A DNA stretch of 64,000 bases from assembly GCA_013001295.1 (NCBI GenBank), contig JABDMW010000017.1, positions 16,788 through 80,787 of the forward strand. Direction: 5' to 3'. Under the pieces are notes generated by a model, which was not told the origin of the DNA, did no database searches, and saw nothing but the letters and a program-made list of their open reading frames with translations. This DNA is from Hyphomonadaceae bacterium. GTDB lineage: Bacteria; Pseudomonadota; Alphaproteobacteria; Caulobacterales; Maricaulaceae. Shown here one piece after another: positions 1 through 9,813 of the stretch (within the stretch, counting starts at the first letter, position 1; each line of letters starts with the position of its first letter). The translations under genes were made by a program, and so were the position numbers.

Positions 1-866
1 TTACCACCAAAATGATCTTGCACATCATCAACGGGTATCCAGAAGTTCATCATCACTGCAGTTGGATTATTAGGTATTGGGGTCGGAAATTCCTGGGGGT
101 CCACGCACTCAGGGTCACAATCTAGGTCTTCCGAAGTCAGGGTTTTGACTAATTCGCCGTCGACGTACCAGCGAAGGGCATCCGGCATCCATTCGACGGC
201 AAAAACGCGCCACTGATCCACAGGGCCGACTTCGATTTTGTCCTCCCAGGCTCCGTACTGGCGGGTACGCCACCATTCCCAGGTGTCCTTGCCGTAAATC
301 AGATTCGCTTGAAATTTGTCGGGACGTCCCCCTTCAAGCTCGACGTCAATCTCTTCCCATTCTTTAGATTCCGGGGTCTCGGACATCGGATCGGTGTCAA
401 ATCTATAGGTGAAAAGTGAGGAAATATAGCCCGATGCCGTTTCCCGGTTCGGCGCTTTCATGCGTGCTTCGATACGGCCATAACGAAACTGCACATTATC
501 TATTGTGCGAACTTCCCCGCAGACATAATCATAGGGACCTTTTTGCTGTTCATGATCATTGGACCAGCCGGGAGGAACGTCTTCTTTGCGGACTTCCAGA
601 ATCAGATTTCCATTTTCGACTTTAACGCCGCTAGGCTGAAACCGACACATCGACTCACCCCCTACGGCCCCATCTCCGGTTCGCCACAGAGACTGATCAA
701 AGGCATCAAATCTTTCGTCGACCTTTAGTGTGAAGCCCTCATACGCACCTGGATAACCGGCATATGCCTGCAAGCCTGATTTTTCATTTATTGTGTGTGT
801 TTGATTTGTTTGACAGGAAACCAATGTGGCGGATACCAAGCCCAAAATCACAACATATTGTTTCAT
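1..866 (-). CDS. Glycoside hydrolase family 16 (laminarinase/beta-glucanase-like) lipoprotein; partial, 3' end lies beyond the window edge
   Basis: Absent from the ORF track because it runs off the edge. Minus-strand translation from ATG at 866-864 gives MKQYVVILGLVSATLVSCQTNQ (lipobox LVS|C). Further on it gives ...SKEWEEIDVELEGGRPDKFQANLIYG...WRVFAVEWMPDALRWYVDGELV, which contains the GH16 catalytic E-x-D-x-x-E signature. The frame stays open to position 1. Confidence 0.75.
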   Translation of the reverse strand, partial: MKQYVVILGLVSATLVSCQTNQTHTINEKSGLQAYAGYPGAYEGFTLKVDERFDAFDQSLWRTGDGAVGGESMCRFQPSGVKVENGNLILEVRKEDVPPGWSNDHEQQKGPYDYVCGEVRTIDNVQFRYGRIEARMKAPNRETASGYISSLFTYRFDTDPMSETPESKEWEEIDVELEGGRPDKFQANLIYGKDTWEWWRTRQYGAWEDKIEVGPVDQWRVFAVEWMPDALRWYVDGELVKTLTSEDLDCDPECVDPQEFPTPIPNNPTAVMMNFWIPVDDVQDHFGG

Positions 867-1197
867 ATATGAATTCCTTTTATTTTGCGTGCTTGTTAAA
901 TACAGCCCTTCGCAAGAATTTCAATGTAACACACTTTCGGCTTGACGGTTTAAGTGGTGATCCAGTCAAATTACGAATTACCGAAGTCGAGTGCAATAAT
1001 TTCAAGTATTCTTTTGGTTATGCGTTGTTCGGCAGCAATAAGCGAGGCAAGAAACAAATTAAACAGCAATTAGGTGTTGCTCTAATGTTCGCTAAGCCCC
1101 CGTATTACTCTTTAGAATGAGAAAATGGGATGTTCGTACCTGACCCTGAGTAGTCAAAATAAAAAGGCAATATTCGCCCCATTAAATCTACTGAACC

Positions 1198-2496
1198 CTA
1201 CCCTTCGTCCTCATCATGAAAGTCCCAGATATCAGGGACTTCATCAAGCATGTGGCGGTAATATTCCTGCAATCCCGGCAGTTTGACTTGATTGAGGAAG
1301 GATGAATAACCGAGATAACTGACAAGGAAGCGCATATCCCTGGCCCAGCGCGGCAAGAACCCGGCGGGCTTTATTTTGCCGTTAGCAGCAAGATTGGCCA
1401 GAGCGGGCACATCTTCGAGATCAAGCTTTCCGACAAATAACAACCGAACCAGATCGGCCCGGTTAAGGCTGACGACCGAGCGCATAAAATTATGCACACG
1501 CAACAAGCCGTTGAGATAAACGCCGTCCTTGGTAAACGGCGCGCCGCCCGTCAGTACGCCGCCGCGAAACACCCGGCGCGTATCCTCAAAGGCCTGATAA
1601 GGCTCTTCGTTTTGCCCGACAAAATATTTATAAACCTCAATAAAATCAGCACCTTCGACGGACATCTGAATAGCGATGACCCGGTCAACCAAGCGTCGAA
1701 ACCGCACCGGGTCCATTGCACCCGAGATAAATTCGGCAAAAACGGCCAGCCCTTCCTGGATTTCAGTCGTCCCGGCATGGGCCGCGCCCAGAATTTCAAA
1801 ATCGTCCTGAGCCTTTCCATTCAAGGCCGTGGCTGTATGGACCAATGCCTCATGTTGTAACAATTGATGTACATCCATGGGCGCGAATGTCGCGTCTTTT
1901 CGAACTCTGATCCGTCGCGATCCTGCCAGAACTTTCGCCGATAAATTATCAGACATGACAATCTTCGGCGCATTACCGTTAAAGTGTTTTGCAAGCTTAT
2001 CACCCAACATTTCGCTGAATTCACAGGCACTTAGCTCAACCTCCTCACCTCCAAGGACCAGCTTATCAAAGTCCAGGTCGGCCAAAGTGGCATCCATATG
2101 CCGGGCCAGATTGATAGTTTTGGTCTTTTTGTCCAAAAGTAATGCGTCGGGGGTTCCGTATAGTTTTTTGCTATGCGCGTAAAATTCAGGCGTGCCGGTA
2201 TGTTCCAGCATGGCACCGGCTAATTCGAGCTTGTCCGCGACGCGCATTAACCAGGCGAATACGGGATGATCGCCCTGCCCGATCACCCGCGCTTTTTCCA
2301 AATATCTACGCGACTTTGAACCGTCAAATTTTGGATACTCAACATCAGGTAATTTTGAAGCCCCGGACTTGACGAATTCTTGTCCGATCCCGGGATCCCA
2401 ACTTAAAGACCGTAGGATTCGTATGGGTTTTTCGGCTTTTCTGATCAACGCAGCCGCTTCGACAGCATTTGCGTAGGATTTGGGACTTAATTGCAT
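1198..2496 (-). CDS. DUF1704 / flavohemoglobin expression-modulating QEGLA-motif protein
   Basis: ORF 1198..2583. It contains the diagnostic TEIQEGLAVFAEF (QEGLA) motif and HEALVH. I placed the start at the internal ATG (MQLSPKSY, 2496) to give about 432 aa; the longer start at 2583 has no SD. Start is uncertain. Confidence 0.7.
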   Translation of the reverse strand: MQLSPKSYANAVEAAALIRKAEKPIRILRSLSWDPGIGQEFVKSGASKLPDVEYPKFDGSKSRRYLEKARVIGQGDHPVFAWLMRVADKLELAGAMLEHTGTPEFYAHSKKLYGTPDALLLDKKTKTINLARHMDATLADLDFDKLVLGGEEVELSACEFSEMLGDKLAKHFNGNAPKIVMSDNLSAKVLAGSRRIRVRKDATFAPMDVHQLLQHEALVHTATALNGKAQDDFEILGAAHAGTTEIQEGLAVFAEFISGAMDPVRFRRLVDRVIAIQMSVEGADFIEVYKYFVGQNEEPYQAFEDTRRVFRGGVLTGGAPFTKDGVYLNGLLRVHNFMRSVVSLNRADLVRLLFVGKLDLEDVPALANLAANGKIKPAGFLPRWARDMRFLVSYLGYSSFLNQVKLPGLQEYYRHMLDEVPDIWDFHDEDEG

Positions 2497-2639
2497 AGAG
2501 CTACCAGAATCGACATTTCTCAAGCCATACACCAATAATCTCTGATGTTCACCCCGCAAATAAATAGAACATATCATAAACATTTGTTGACAATTGCATT
2601 CTATGTACTCATTTTGTTCTTATCGAATCGGAGCGTATT

Positions 2640-4016
2640 ATGGGTAAACCTGCCAATATTTTTGTCTGCCAATCCTGCGGCAGCGTGCACGGCAAATGGG
2701 CGGGGCGCTGCGACGCCTGCGGTGAATGGAATACATTGGTCGAAGAAATCGCGGCCCAGAATGCGCCTAAAGGCAATAAACGGAAAAAGTCACGCGGGAT
2801 CGAATTTGTCGATCTCGGCGGCATTTCCGAAGACCTTCCGCGCATTGATATGGGAATTGCGGAGCTCAATCGCGTGACTGGTGGCGGATTGGTGCCGGGC
2901 TCTGCCCTTCTCATTGGTGGCGATCCGGGAATTGGGAAATCAACCCTGCTCCTGCAAGCCGCAGGCTTCACAGCCAAGAAAGGCATCAAGACAGCCTATA
3001 TTTCGGGCGAAGAAGCGACGGCACAGGTTCGTCGTCGCGCCAAACGATTGGGATTGGCCGACAGTCCGGTGCATCTGGCAGCGGAAACTTCCTTAGGCCC
3101 GATCCTCGACGGGCTGATGGAAAACAAGCCGGACGTGATCATTATCGACTCGATCCAGACATTGTGGAGCGACCAGTTGGGCGCAGCGCCGGGAACCGTC
3201 GCGCAAGTCAGGGCCTGTGCGCAGGAACTGACCCGTTATGCCAAAAAACGTGGCGCCTGCGTTATTCTCGTCGGTCATGTGACCAAGGACGGCCAGATCG
3301 CCGGCCCACGGGTGGTCGAGCATATGGTCGATGCCGTCCTGTATTTTGAAGGCGACCGCGCCGGACAATTCCGCATCCTCCGGGCCCATAAAAACCGGTT
3401 CGGCCCGACTGATGAAATCGGTGTGTTTGAGATGGGTGAAAGCGGTCTATCCGAAGTCGAAAACCCGTCGGCTATGTTTCTGGACGGGCGCGGTGAAGCA
3501 GCCAGCGGGGCTGCTGTTTTCGCAGGCCTTGAAGGCACGCGTCCGGTTCTGACCGAGATCCAGGCTCTTGTTGCCCCCGCAGCCTTCGGTACGCCCCGTC
3601 GCGCCGTTGTCGGATGGGACAGCGGACGCCTCGCTATGGTGTTGGCCGTGCTTGAAGCCCGGTGCGGCGTCAGTTTTGGCGGCAAAGACGTGTATCTCAA
3701 TGTCGCGGGTGGTCTTAAAATCAATGAACCGGCGGCTGACTTGGCCGTTGCAGCCGCCCTCGCCTCATCCGTCTTCGACACGCCGCTTCCAGCTGACAGT
3801 GTCGTATTTGGCGAGATCAGCCTGTCTGGAGATGTGCGCGCGGCCAGTCGCACTGATGCCCGCCTCAAAGAAGCGGCGAAACTGGGTTTTAAACGGGCCA
3901 TCGCACCTGCTCAAAAAAGCGAAACCCAGAAAAAACCGAACAATCTACTGCCATTAATCGCAATCAAGACTTTGCCAGAACTGATAAGCCGTGTAGAAGC
4001 CTTTGCAGAAGGATAG
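2640..4016 (+). CDS. radA: DNA repair protein RadA/Sms
   Basis: N-terminal zinc finger CQSCGSVHGKWAGRCDACGEW, Walker A GDPGIGKST, KNRFG motif and a Lon-like C-terminal domain. Confidence 0.95.
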   Translation: MGKPANIFVCQSCGSVHGKWAGRCDACGEWNTLVEEIAAQNAPKGNKRKKSRGIEFVDLGGISEDLPRIDMGIAELNRVTGGGLVPGSALLIGGDPGIGKSTLLLQAAGFTAKKGIKTAYISGEEATAQVRRRAKRLGLADSPVHLAAETSLGPILDGLMENKPDVIIIDSIQTLWSDQLGAAPGTVAQVRACAQELTRYAKKRGACVILVGHVTKDGQIAGPRVVEHMVDAVLYFEGDRAGQFRILRAHKNRFGPTDEIGVFEMGESGLSEVENPSAMFLDGRGEAASGAAVFAGLEGTRPVLTEIQALVAPAAFGTPRRAVVGWDSGRLAMVLAVLEARCGVSFGGKDVYLNVAGGLKINEPAADLAVAAALASSVFDTPLPADSVVFGEISLSGDVRAASRTDARLKEAAKLGFKRAIAPAQKSETQKKPNNLLPLIAIKTLPELISRVEAFAEG

Positions 4017-4105
4017 TGGCCTGGCTGATTGATTCCTGATCGCACCAGAAAACTGTTCGAAAATCCGGTTAGCCAGAGGCAGGGCGAAAAATGGAAGTAG
4101 GTGGC

Positions 4106-4663
4106 ATGACATTCGGCGGATTTGACGTCGTTGTGTTCATCATTTTGGGATTCTCGGCTATCTTATCATTCGCACGGGGATTCTCCCGCGAACTGATTTC
4201 TATCTTATCCCTCCTGATCGGACTGGCTGCTGCCCTGTTCGTCTATGGACGCTACCGGGTGGACGCGCAGAGCTTTATTCAACCCACATGGCTGGCAGAC
4301 GGCGCCCTTTTCATTGGCGTTTTTCTGCTCATCTATTTGATCTTCACGTTTTTGATGCGCGGATGGGCGAAAACAATCCGCGGCCAAAAACCGGGCCTTG
4401 TTGACCGTTTGATGGGATTGGCGTTTGGGCTGGCCCGCGGCGCCTTATTGGCCTCCCTGTTTGTTCTGGTGGTGTCAAAAGGCGCAAAAGACGGCGAACC
4501 AGCCGAATGGATGACGGAAACCACAACATATCCGCACCTGCGCAAAATCGCTGACGCGGTGGAAAGCATTCCGTTTGTGAAGGCACGTGAAATTGCCGAA
4601 GATTTTGTCACCGAAGGTGAAGAATCAGATATACTTCCGGATATCCCGAAAGAGGATGAATAA
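4106..4663 (+). CDS. cvpA: CvpA family (colicin V production) membrane protein
   Basis: Four predicted TM helices and the conserved position immediately upstream of purF. ATG at 4106 is preceded by AGGTGG; the track ORF starts at 4091. Confidence 0.8.
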   Translation: MTFGGFDVVVFIILGFSAILSFARGFSRELISILSLLIGLAAALFVYGRYRVDAQSFIQPTWLADGALFIGVFLLIYLIFTFLMRGWAKTIRGQKPGLVDRLMGLAFGLARGALLASLFVLVVSKGAKDGEPAEWMTETTTYPHLRKIADAVESIPFVKAREIAEDFVTEGEESDILPDIPKEDE

Positions 4664-4674
4664 AGGTGGATAAT

Positions 4675-6180
4675 ATGATCACGACTAAAACATCCCAAAC
4701 CCGTCGCGATTGTCCCGATATTGATCCGAGAGAACTTACCCTATCCCCAAAAATCCGTGAAGAATGCGGCGTATTTGGCGTTTACGGTGCTGACAATGCA
4801 GCCGCAACAACGGCTTTAGGTTTGCACGCCTTACAACATCGCGGCCAGGAAGCGTGCGGTATCGCCAGTTTTGACGGCGAGAAATTCCATACGGAACGCC
4901 ATTTGGGCTTGGTCGGTGACGCGTTTACCGGCGATGATCCAAGCGAACGCCTGCCGGGCCATGCAGCGATCGGACACAACAGATATTCCACAGCTGGCAA
5001 AACAGTATTGCGCAATACCCAGCCCCTGTTTGCTGATCTGGCTGCTGGCGGATTTGCCGTCGCCCATAACGGTCATTTGACCAATGCGTTTCAATTGCGC
5101 GAACAGCTGGTAGCAGATGGTGCCATTTTTCAGAGCACCAGTGATACTGAAGTTGTCGTGCACCTTGTCGCCCGGTCAAAACGGGTCCAATTCGTCAACA
5201 AATTCATCGATGCATTGCGCAAAATCGACGGCGGATTTGCCTTTGTTGGCCTGACCAATAAAGAGCTTATTGGTGCGCGTGACCGCCAAGGCATACGCCC
5301 GCTCATAATCGGCAAAAAAGACGACACCTATATGCTCGCCTCCGAGACCTGTGCGCTCGATATGATTGATGCAGAAGTGTTCCGTGAAGTCGAACCCGGT
5401 GAAGTCGTTGTCATCAACGAATCCGGTATCGAATTTATCCGGGCTTTCCCGAAAGTTCCTGAGCGGCCGTGCGTTTTCGAATTCGTCTACTTTGCCAGAC
5501 CGGACAGCATTGTCGGCGGGCAAAGCGTCTATGAAGTCCGCAAGAAAATGGGTCAGAGACTGGCCCAGGAGGTACCTGCTGATGTCGATGTCATTATCCC
5601 GGTTCCCGACAGCGGTGTTCCCGCAGCCATCGGCTTTGCCCAGGAAAGCGGCATTCCGTTTGAGCTCGGCATTATCCGAAACCATTATGTCGGGCGTACC
5701 TTTATTCAACCGACCCAGCAAATCCGGGATATGGGTGTTCGCCTCAAACATTCCGCCAATCGCAAATTGATTGAAGGCAAGCGCGTCTTGCTCGTTGATG
5801 ACTCGATTGTGCGCGGGACAACATCGACAAAAATCGTACGTATGATCCGCGATGCCGGCGCGTCCGAAGTGCATTTCCGGTCAGCCTCGCCGCCGATCAA
5901 GCACCCTGATTTTTATGGCGTGGATATGCCAAATGCAGAACGCCTCCTCGCGGCCAATCACGACCTTGAAACCATGAACCAATTGTTGGGATCGGAAAGT
6001 CTTGGTTTCCTCTCCATAGATGGCTTGTATTGGGCCATGGGGATCGAGCACCGCAATGCTGACTTCCCGCAATTCTCTGATCATTGCTTTACCGGCGAAT
6101 ACCCAACGGCGTTGATCGACTTTGACCGCAAATCAAATGGTCAAAACCCACAAATGTCCCTGCTCGTCGAGGTCGCCTGA
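4675..6180 (+). CDS. purF: Amidophosphoribosyltransferase
   Basis: N-terminal nucleophile motif ECGVFGV, a PRTase motif VLLVDDSIVRGTT and FVYFARPDS. ATG at 4675 follows SD AAGGTGGA; the track start 4666 is GTG. Confidence 0.95.
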   Translation: MITTKTSQTRRDCPDIDPRELTLSPKIREECGVFGVYGADNAAATTALGLHALQHRGQEACGIASFDGEKFHTERHLGLVGDAFTGDDPSERLPGHAAIGHNRYSTAGKTVLRNTQPLFADLAAGGFAVAHNGHLTNAFQLREQLVADGAIFQSTSDTEVVVHLVARSKRVQFVNKFIDALRKIDGGFAFVGLTNKELIGARDRQGIRPLIIGKKDDTYMLASETCALDMIDAEVFREVEPGEVVVINESGIEFIRAFPKVPERPCVFEFVYFARPDSIVGGQSVYEVRKKMGQRLAQEVPADVDVIIPVPDSGVPAAIGFAQESGIPFELGIIRNHYVGRTFIQPTQQIRDMGVRLKHSANRKLIEGKRVLLVDDSIVRGTTSTKIVRMIRDAGASEVHFRSASPPIKHPDFYGVDMPNAERLLAANHDLETMNQLLGSESLGFLSIDGLYWAMGIEHRNADFPQFSDHCFTGEYPTALIDFDRKSNGQNPQMSLLVEVA

Positions 6181-6184
6181 CACC

Positions 6185-6910
6185 ATGCCTGACAAAACCG
6201 CAGATCAACCGCTTGCCGGACGAATTACGCTTGTAACGGGAGCAACCCGGGGCATCGGATATGCAACGGCAGTGGCGCTCGCAAAGGCTGGCTCCCACAT
6301 TATTGCAACGGGCCGGACCCAGGGGGGTCTCGAAGATTTGGATGATGAAATTCGCGGTTTTGGCGGTGAGACCACGCTGGTGCCGCTGGATCTCAAACAA
6401 CCCGACGGTGTTGATCAATTGGGTGCTATTATCCACGAACGCTGGGGCCGACTGGATGGATTGTTCGCCAATGCGGGTGTTCTCGGCGAACTCGCACCGG
6501 TGCCGCATTTGTCCGTCAAATCGTTTGATGAAACCATGTTGATCAATGTCACGGCGAATTTCCGGCTGATCCGGTCGATGGACCCGCTGTTACAAGCGTC
6601 GCCATCTGGACGCGCCCTGTTTGTCAGTTCACGCGGGGCGGTAACCCGCAATGCATTTTGGGGATTGTACGCTGCCAGTAAATCGGCGTTGGATGCGCTG
6701 GTTCAGTCCTATGCCCACGAAAATGAAAAATCCAATGTGCGGATTAATCTCCTCTACCCGGGACCAACGCGAACTCAAATGCGGGCGAAAGCCATGCCCG
6801 GCGAAGACCCGGATACGCTGCGATTGCCCAAAGACCTGGCCCCACTCATTGTCCCTTACCTGTCGCCGGACTGCCAAAAGCACGGCGAAGTCATCGATTT
6901 AAGAGTTTAA
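6185..6910 (+). CDS. SDR family oxidoreductase
   Basis: Cofactor motif VTGATRGIG, NAG motif and catalytic YAASK. The ATG at 6185 avoids overlap with purF. Confidence 0.85.
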   Translation: MPDKTADQPLAGRITLVTGATRGIGYATAVALAKAGSHIIATGRTQGGLEDLDDEIRGFGGETTLVPLDLKQPDGVDQLGAIIHERWGRLDGLFANAGVLGELAPVPHLSVKSFDETMLINVTANFRLIRSMDPLLQASPSGRALFVSSRGAVTRNAFWGLYAASKSALDALVQSYAHENEKSNVRINLLYPGPTRTQMRAKAMPGEDPDTLRLPKDLAPLIVPYLSPDCQKHGEVIDLRV

Positions 6911-6994
6911 ACCGTAACATATAAGTGACCGGCGTTCGTGATGTCGTGACTTCCCTTTCGAGTGAACCAGAAGTATTTAAGATCAGGACTGTTT

Positions 6995-7822
6995 ATGACT
7001 GATTTCTTTGTCGAATATGAAAGCCAATTGCGCCTGGGCATTTTTGTCGGTGTTTTGCTGACAATGATGACGTTGGAATTTCTGTTTCCGCGGAAAAAAA
7101 GATCGAAAACCCGACTGCGGCGTTGGACCACCAACCTGTTGATTATTTTGGTAGACAATGTCGTCATTCGATTGGTTTTTCCCATCGTCGCCGTGGGCAC
7201 TGCACTCCTGGCCACAACAAAAAGCTGGGGTATATTTAACTTGATCGATTTACCTGTAGTGCTGGAAATTATCCTGGCGATGATCATCCTGGACCTTCTG
7301 ATATACGCGCAACATATTGTTTTTCATATGGTTCCCGCGTTTTGGAATATTCACAAGGTTCATCATGCTGACCGCGACATAGATGTCACAACTGGTATTC
7401 GCTTTCATCCCATCGAAATGGTTCTATCGCTGCTCTACAAAATGATCTGCATCGTCCTATTAGGCGCCCCCGTGGCCGCCGTCCTCCTTTTTGAACTGAT
7501 CTTGAATGCATGCTCAATGTTCAATCACTCAAACGTCAAAATACCGCTTGGTTTTGAGCGTAGTCTACGTTTTTTTATTGTCACTCCAGACATGCACCGG
7601 GTTCACCACTCGGTCATCAAGCGGGAAACCAATAGCAATTATGGCTTTAGCATCTCTCTGTGGGACCGTTTATTTGGCACCTATAGGGATCAACCGTCTG
7701 AAGGGCACGATGATATGACGATCGGTGTCGCGGAATATCAAAATGACGGCCCGACGTCATTTACATGGAGCCTCTTGCTCCCGTTTGGAAAACGTTTCGA
7801 TAAAACAAAACACTGGTTATGA
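6995..7822 (+). CDS. Sterol desaturase / fatty acid hydroxylase superfamily membrane protein
   Basis: Histidine boxes HKVHHAD and HRVHHS plus multiple TM helices. ATG at 6995 is preceded by AGGA. Confidence 0.8.
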   Translation: MTDFFVEYESQLRLGIFVGVLLTMMTLEFLFPRKKRSKTRLRRWTTNLLIILVDNVVIRLVFPIVAVGTALLATTKSWGIFNLIDLPVVLEIILAMIILDLLIYAQHIVFHMVPAFWNIHKVHHADRDIDVTTGIRFHPIEMVLSLLYKMICIVLLGAPVAAVLLFELILNACSMFNHSNVKIPLGFERSLRFFIVTPDMHRVHHSVIKRETNSNYGFSISLWDRLFGTYRDQPSEGHDDMTIGVAEYQNDGPTSFTWSLLLPFGKRFDKTKHWL

Positions 7823-8373
7823 AGCACATTATCGCGGCTTTGATCAGCACAGGGTTCCTCATATGCGCAACACCAAATTCTGCGATAGCCATGGACAATA
7901 AGGCGCTCGCCAAAAAACACGCAAAAATCGAACGCCAGTTTCCAGACGTGCGTCACATAAAAGCCGACAATCCCGTGTTGATCCCTAATAAGGCGACTAT
8001 GATTTTTGATGTTCGAGAGGCCAAAGAATATCAAATCAGTCATATAGCGAACGCGGTCCGCGTCGACCCTGATATCAGTTTGGACGAGTTTGTACGCCTA
8101 TACGGGAAACGGAGTACAGGTAAAAACGTTGTATTTTACTGTTCTGTCGGTCAGCGCTCGTCGCAATTGGCCGCCAAAATACAAACGAGTTTGAATGAAT
8201 TGGGCGCGACCGCCATTTATAATTTAGAGGGCGGTATTTTTAATTGGCACAATAAAAACCGTGCTCTGGTTGCCCCGGACAAATCGATCACAGATTTGGT
8301 TCATCCCTACAACGGGTATTGGGGCCGTATGGTCAATGACCGATCTAAAACCGCGTACAAGCCGGTTAAATAA
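7819..8373 (+). CDS. Rhodanese-like domain protein with signal peptide
   Basis: Signal peptide ending AIA|MD and the active-site loop FYCSVGQRS. The start overlaps the upstream stop (ATGA). Confidence 0.75.
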   Translation: MKHIIAALISTGFLICATPNSAIAMDNKALAKKHAKIERQFPDVRHIKADNPVLIPNKATMIFDVREAKEYQISHIANAVRVDPDISLDEFVRLYGKRSTGKNVVFYCSVGQRSSQLAAKIQTSLNELGATAIYNLEGGIFNWHNKNRALVAPDKSITDLVHPYNGYWGRMVNDRSKTAYKPVK

Positions 8374-8375
8374 GC

Positions 8376-9785
8376 TTACTTCTTTTCCGCATAGGGGTTG
8401 CTGCCTGCGCGCACAAACATGCGGATCGGAACGCCCTGGAGATCGAAATCCTCGCGCAAATGATTGATCAGATACCGCTTATAACTTTCAGGGACTGCGT
8501 CTTCGCGTGATGTTTTGATCACAAAAGTCGGCGGACGGGTTTTGGTCTGCGAGATATATTTTAAGCGCACTGGACGACCATTGGCAGATGGCGGCGTATG
8601 CCGCTGCGTCTTTTCGGCCAACCACTCGTTCAGGTCCGAGGTTTTCAGTTTAGCTGACCAATCTATCTGCACCCGTTCGATCGCAGGGAGCAACCGGTCA
8701 ATACTCTTACCTGTCAGCCCGGAAAACATGACGAGAGGAATGCCTTTCATTTGCGGCAACAGTCGAGCGGCTTTCTCGCGGAATTCAATCACTTTTTCAG
8801 ATTTATTTTTGATGAGATCCCACTTGGTGATAGCGAGGATCATGGCCCGCCCTTCCCGGTGGCACAAATCGGCGATCTGCATGTCTTGTTTGTCAAATGC
8901 GTTTTGAGCGTCCATCAACAGAACCACCACTTGCGCAAACTTAATCGCACGCAAGGATTCACCTACCGACATTTTTTCAAGCGTTTCATTGACCCGCGCT
9001 TTTTTACGCATACCGGCCGTATCGTGAAATTGGACACGCCGTCCCTGCCAGACCCAGTCAATAGTAATCGAATCGCGGGTGACACCGGCTTCAGGCCCGG
9101 TCAGAAGCCGGTCCTGTCCAATCAAAGTGTTGATCAATGTTGATTTGCCGGCATTGGGGCGGCCAACCACCGCTATTCGGACGGGCGCTTCAGAGCGATC
9201 CATATCGACTTCAAATGTGGACTGGTCAACCGATCTCAGCGCTATATTGACCGCGTCATTCAGTTCATGCATACCAATATTGTGCTCGGCGGCAAACTCG
9301 ACCGGATCGCCCAGACCAAGGGCGTAGCCTTCTCCGACGCCGGCATCAGAGGCTCGGCTTTCACATTTGTTCGCGACCAGGATGGTTGGCTTGCCGCTTT
9401 TGCGAATATAATCAGCAAAGATTTCGTCCAGGCCGGTTACGCCGGCGCGGGCGTCATAGACAAACAATACAATGTCGGCTTCGCGAACAGCCAGTTCCGA
9501 TTGGGCGCGCATGCGGGCCTCGAGCGCGTCGCCGCCTGCATCCTCAAATCCTGCGGTATCAACAATAGTAACATCCTGGCCAGCTAAATTGGCAGGACCT
9601 TCGCGCCGATCGCGTGTGACACCCGGCGTATCGTTGACAATCGCCAGTTTTTTACCCGCCAATCGGTTAAATATTGTCGACTTACCGACATTTGGACGTC
9701 CGACAATGGCGATACGCGGTTTGCGTAACGTGGGCTCTTCAGCCCCGAGGTCAAAATCCTCTGTTTCTACGTCTTGTTCGTCCAT
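8376..9785 (-). CDS. der: Ribosome biogenesis GTPase Der (EngA)
   Basis: Two tandem GTPase domains (GRPNVGKST and GRPNAGKST; two DTAG motifs) and a KH-like C terminus. Confidence 0.95.
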   Translation of the reverse strand: MDEQDVETEDFDLGAEEPTLRKPRIAIVGRPNVGKSTIFNRLAGKKLAIVNDTPGVTRDRREGPANLAGQDVTIVDTAGFEDAGGDALEARMRAQSELAVREADIVLFVYDARAGVTGLDEIFADYIRKSGKPTILVANKCESRASDAGVGEGYALGLGDPVEFAAEHNIGMHELNDAVNIALRSVDQSTFEVDMDRSEAPVRIAVVGRPNAGKSTLINTLIGQDRLLTGPEAGVTRDSITIDWVWQGRRVQFHDTAGMRKKARVNETLEKMSVGESLRAIKFAQVVVLLMDAQNAFDKQDMQIADLCHREGRAMILAITKWDLIKNKSEKVIEFREKAARLLPQMKGIPLVMFSGLTGKSIDRLLPAIERVQIDWSAKLKTSDLNEWLAEKTQRHTPPSANGRPVRLKYISQTKTRPPTFVIKTSREDAVPESYKRYLINHLREDFDLQGVPIRMFVRAGSNPYAEKK

Positions 9786-9813
9786 GATATTTCACGCTGC
9801 AGACCCGCTGCAC

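Noticed and set aside
764-1120. 118-aa plus-strand ORF spanning the GH16 start and the 867-1197 intergenic region.
   Set aside because: It overlaps the GH16 signal-peptide region antisense, has no SD and no recognisable motif. The 330-nt non-coding stretch itself showed no hairpins, repeats or known RNA motifs that I could see, so I treat it as promoter/UTR DNA.
3275-3901. 208-aa antisense ORF inside radA. Similar long antisense ORFs occur at 5176-5874 in purF, 17239-17856 opposite the DUF2336-like gene, 40353-41141 and 40318-40941 in gyrA, 43249-43806 in the kinase gene and 26554-27102 in astB.
   Set aside because: They lie entirely within genes that have unambiguous conserved motifs on the other strand. 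Their translations are Arg/Ser/Pro/Ala-rich low-complexity sequence typical of shadow frames, and they have no SD.
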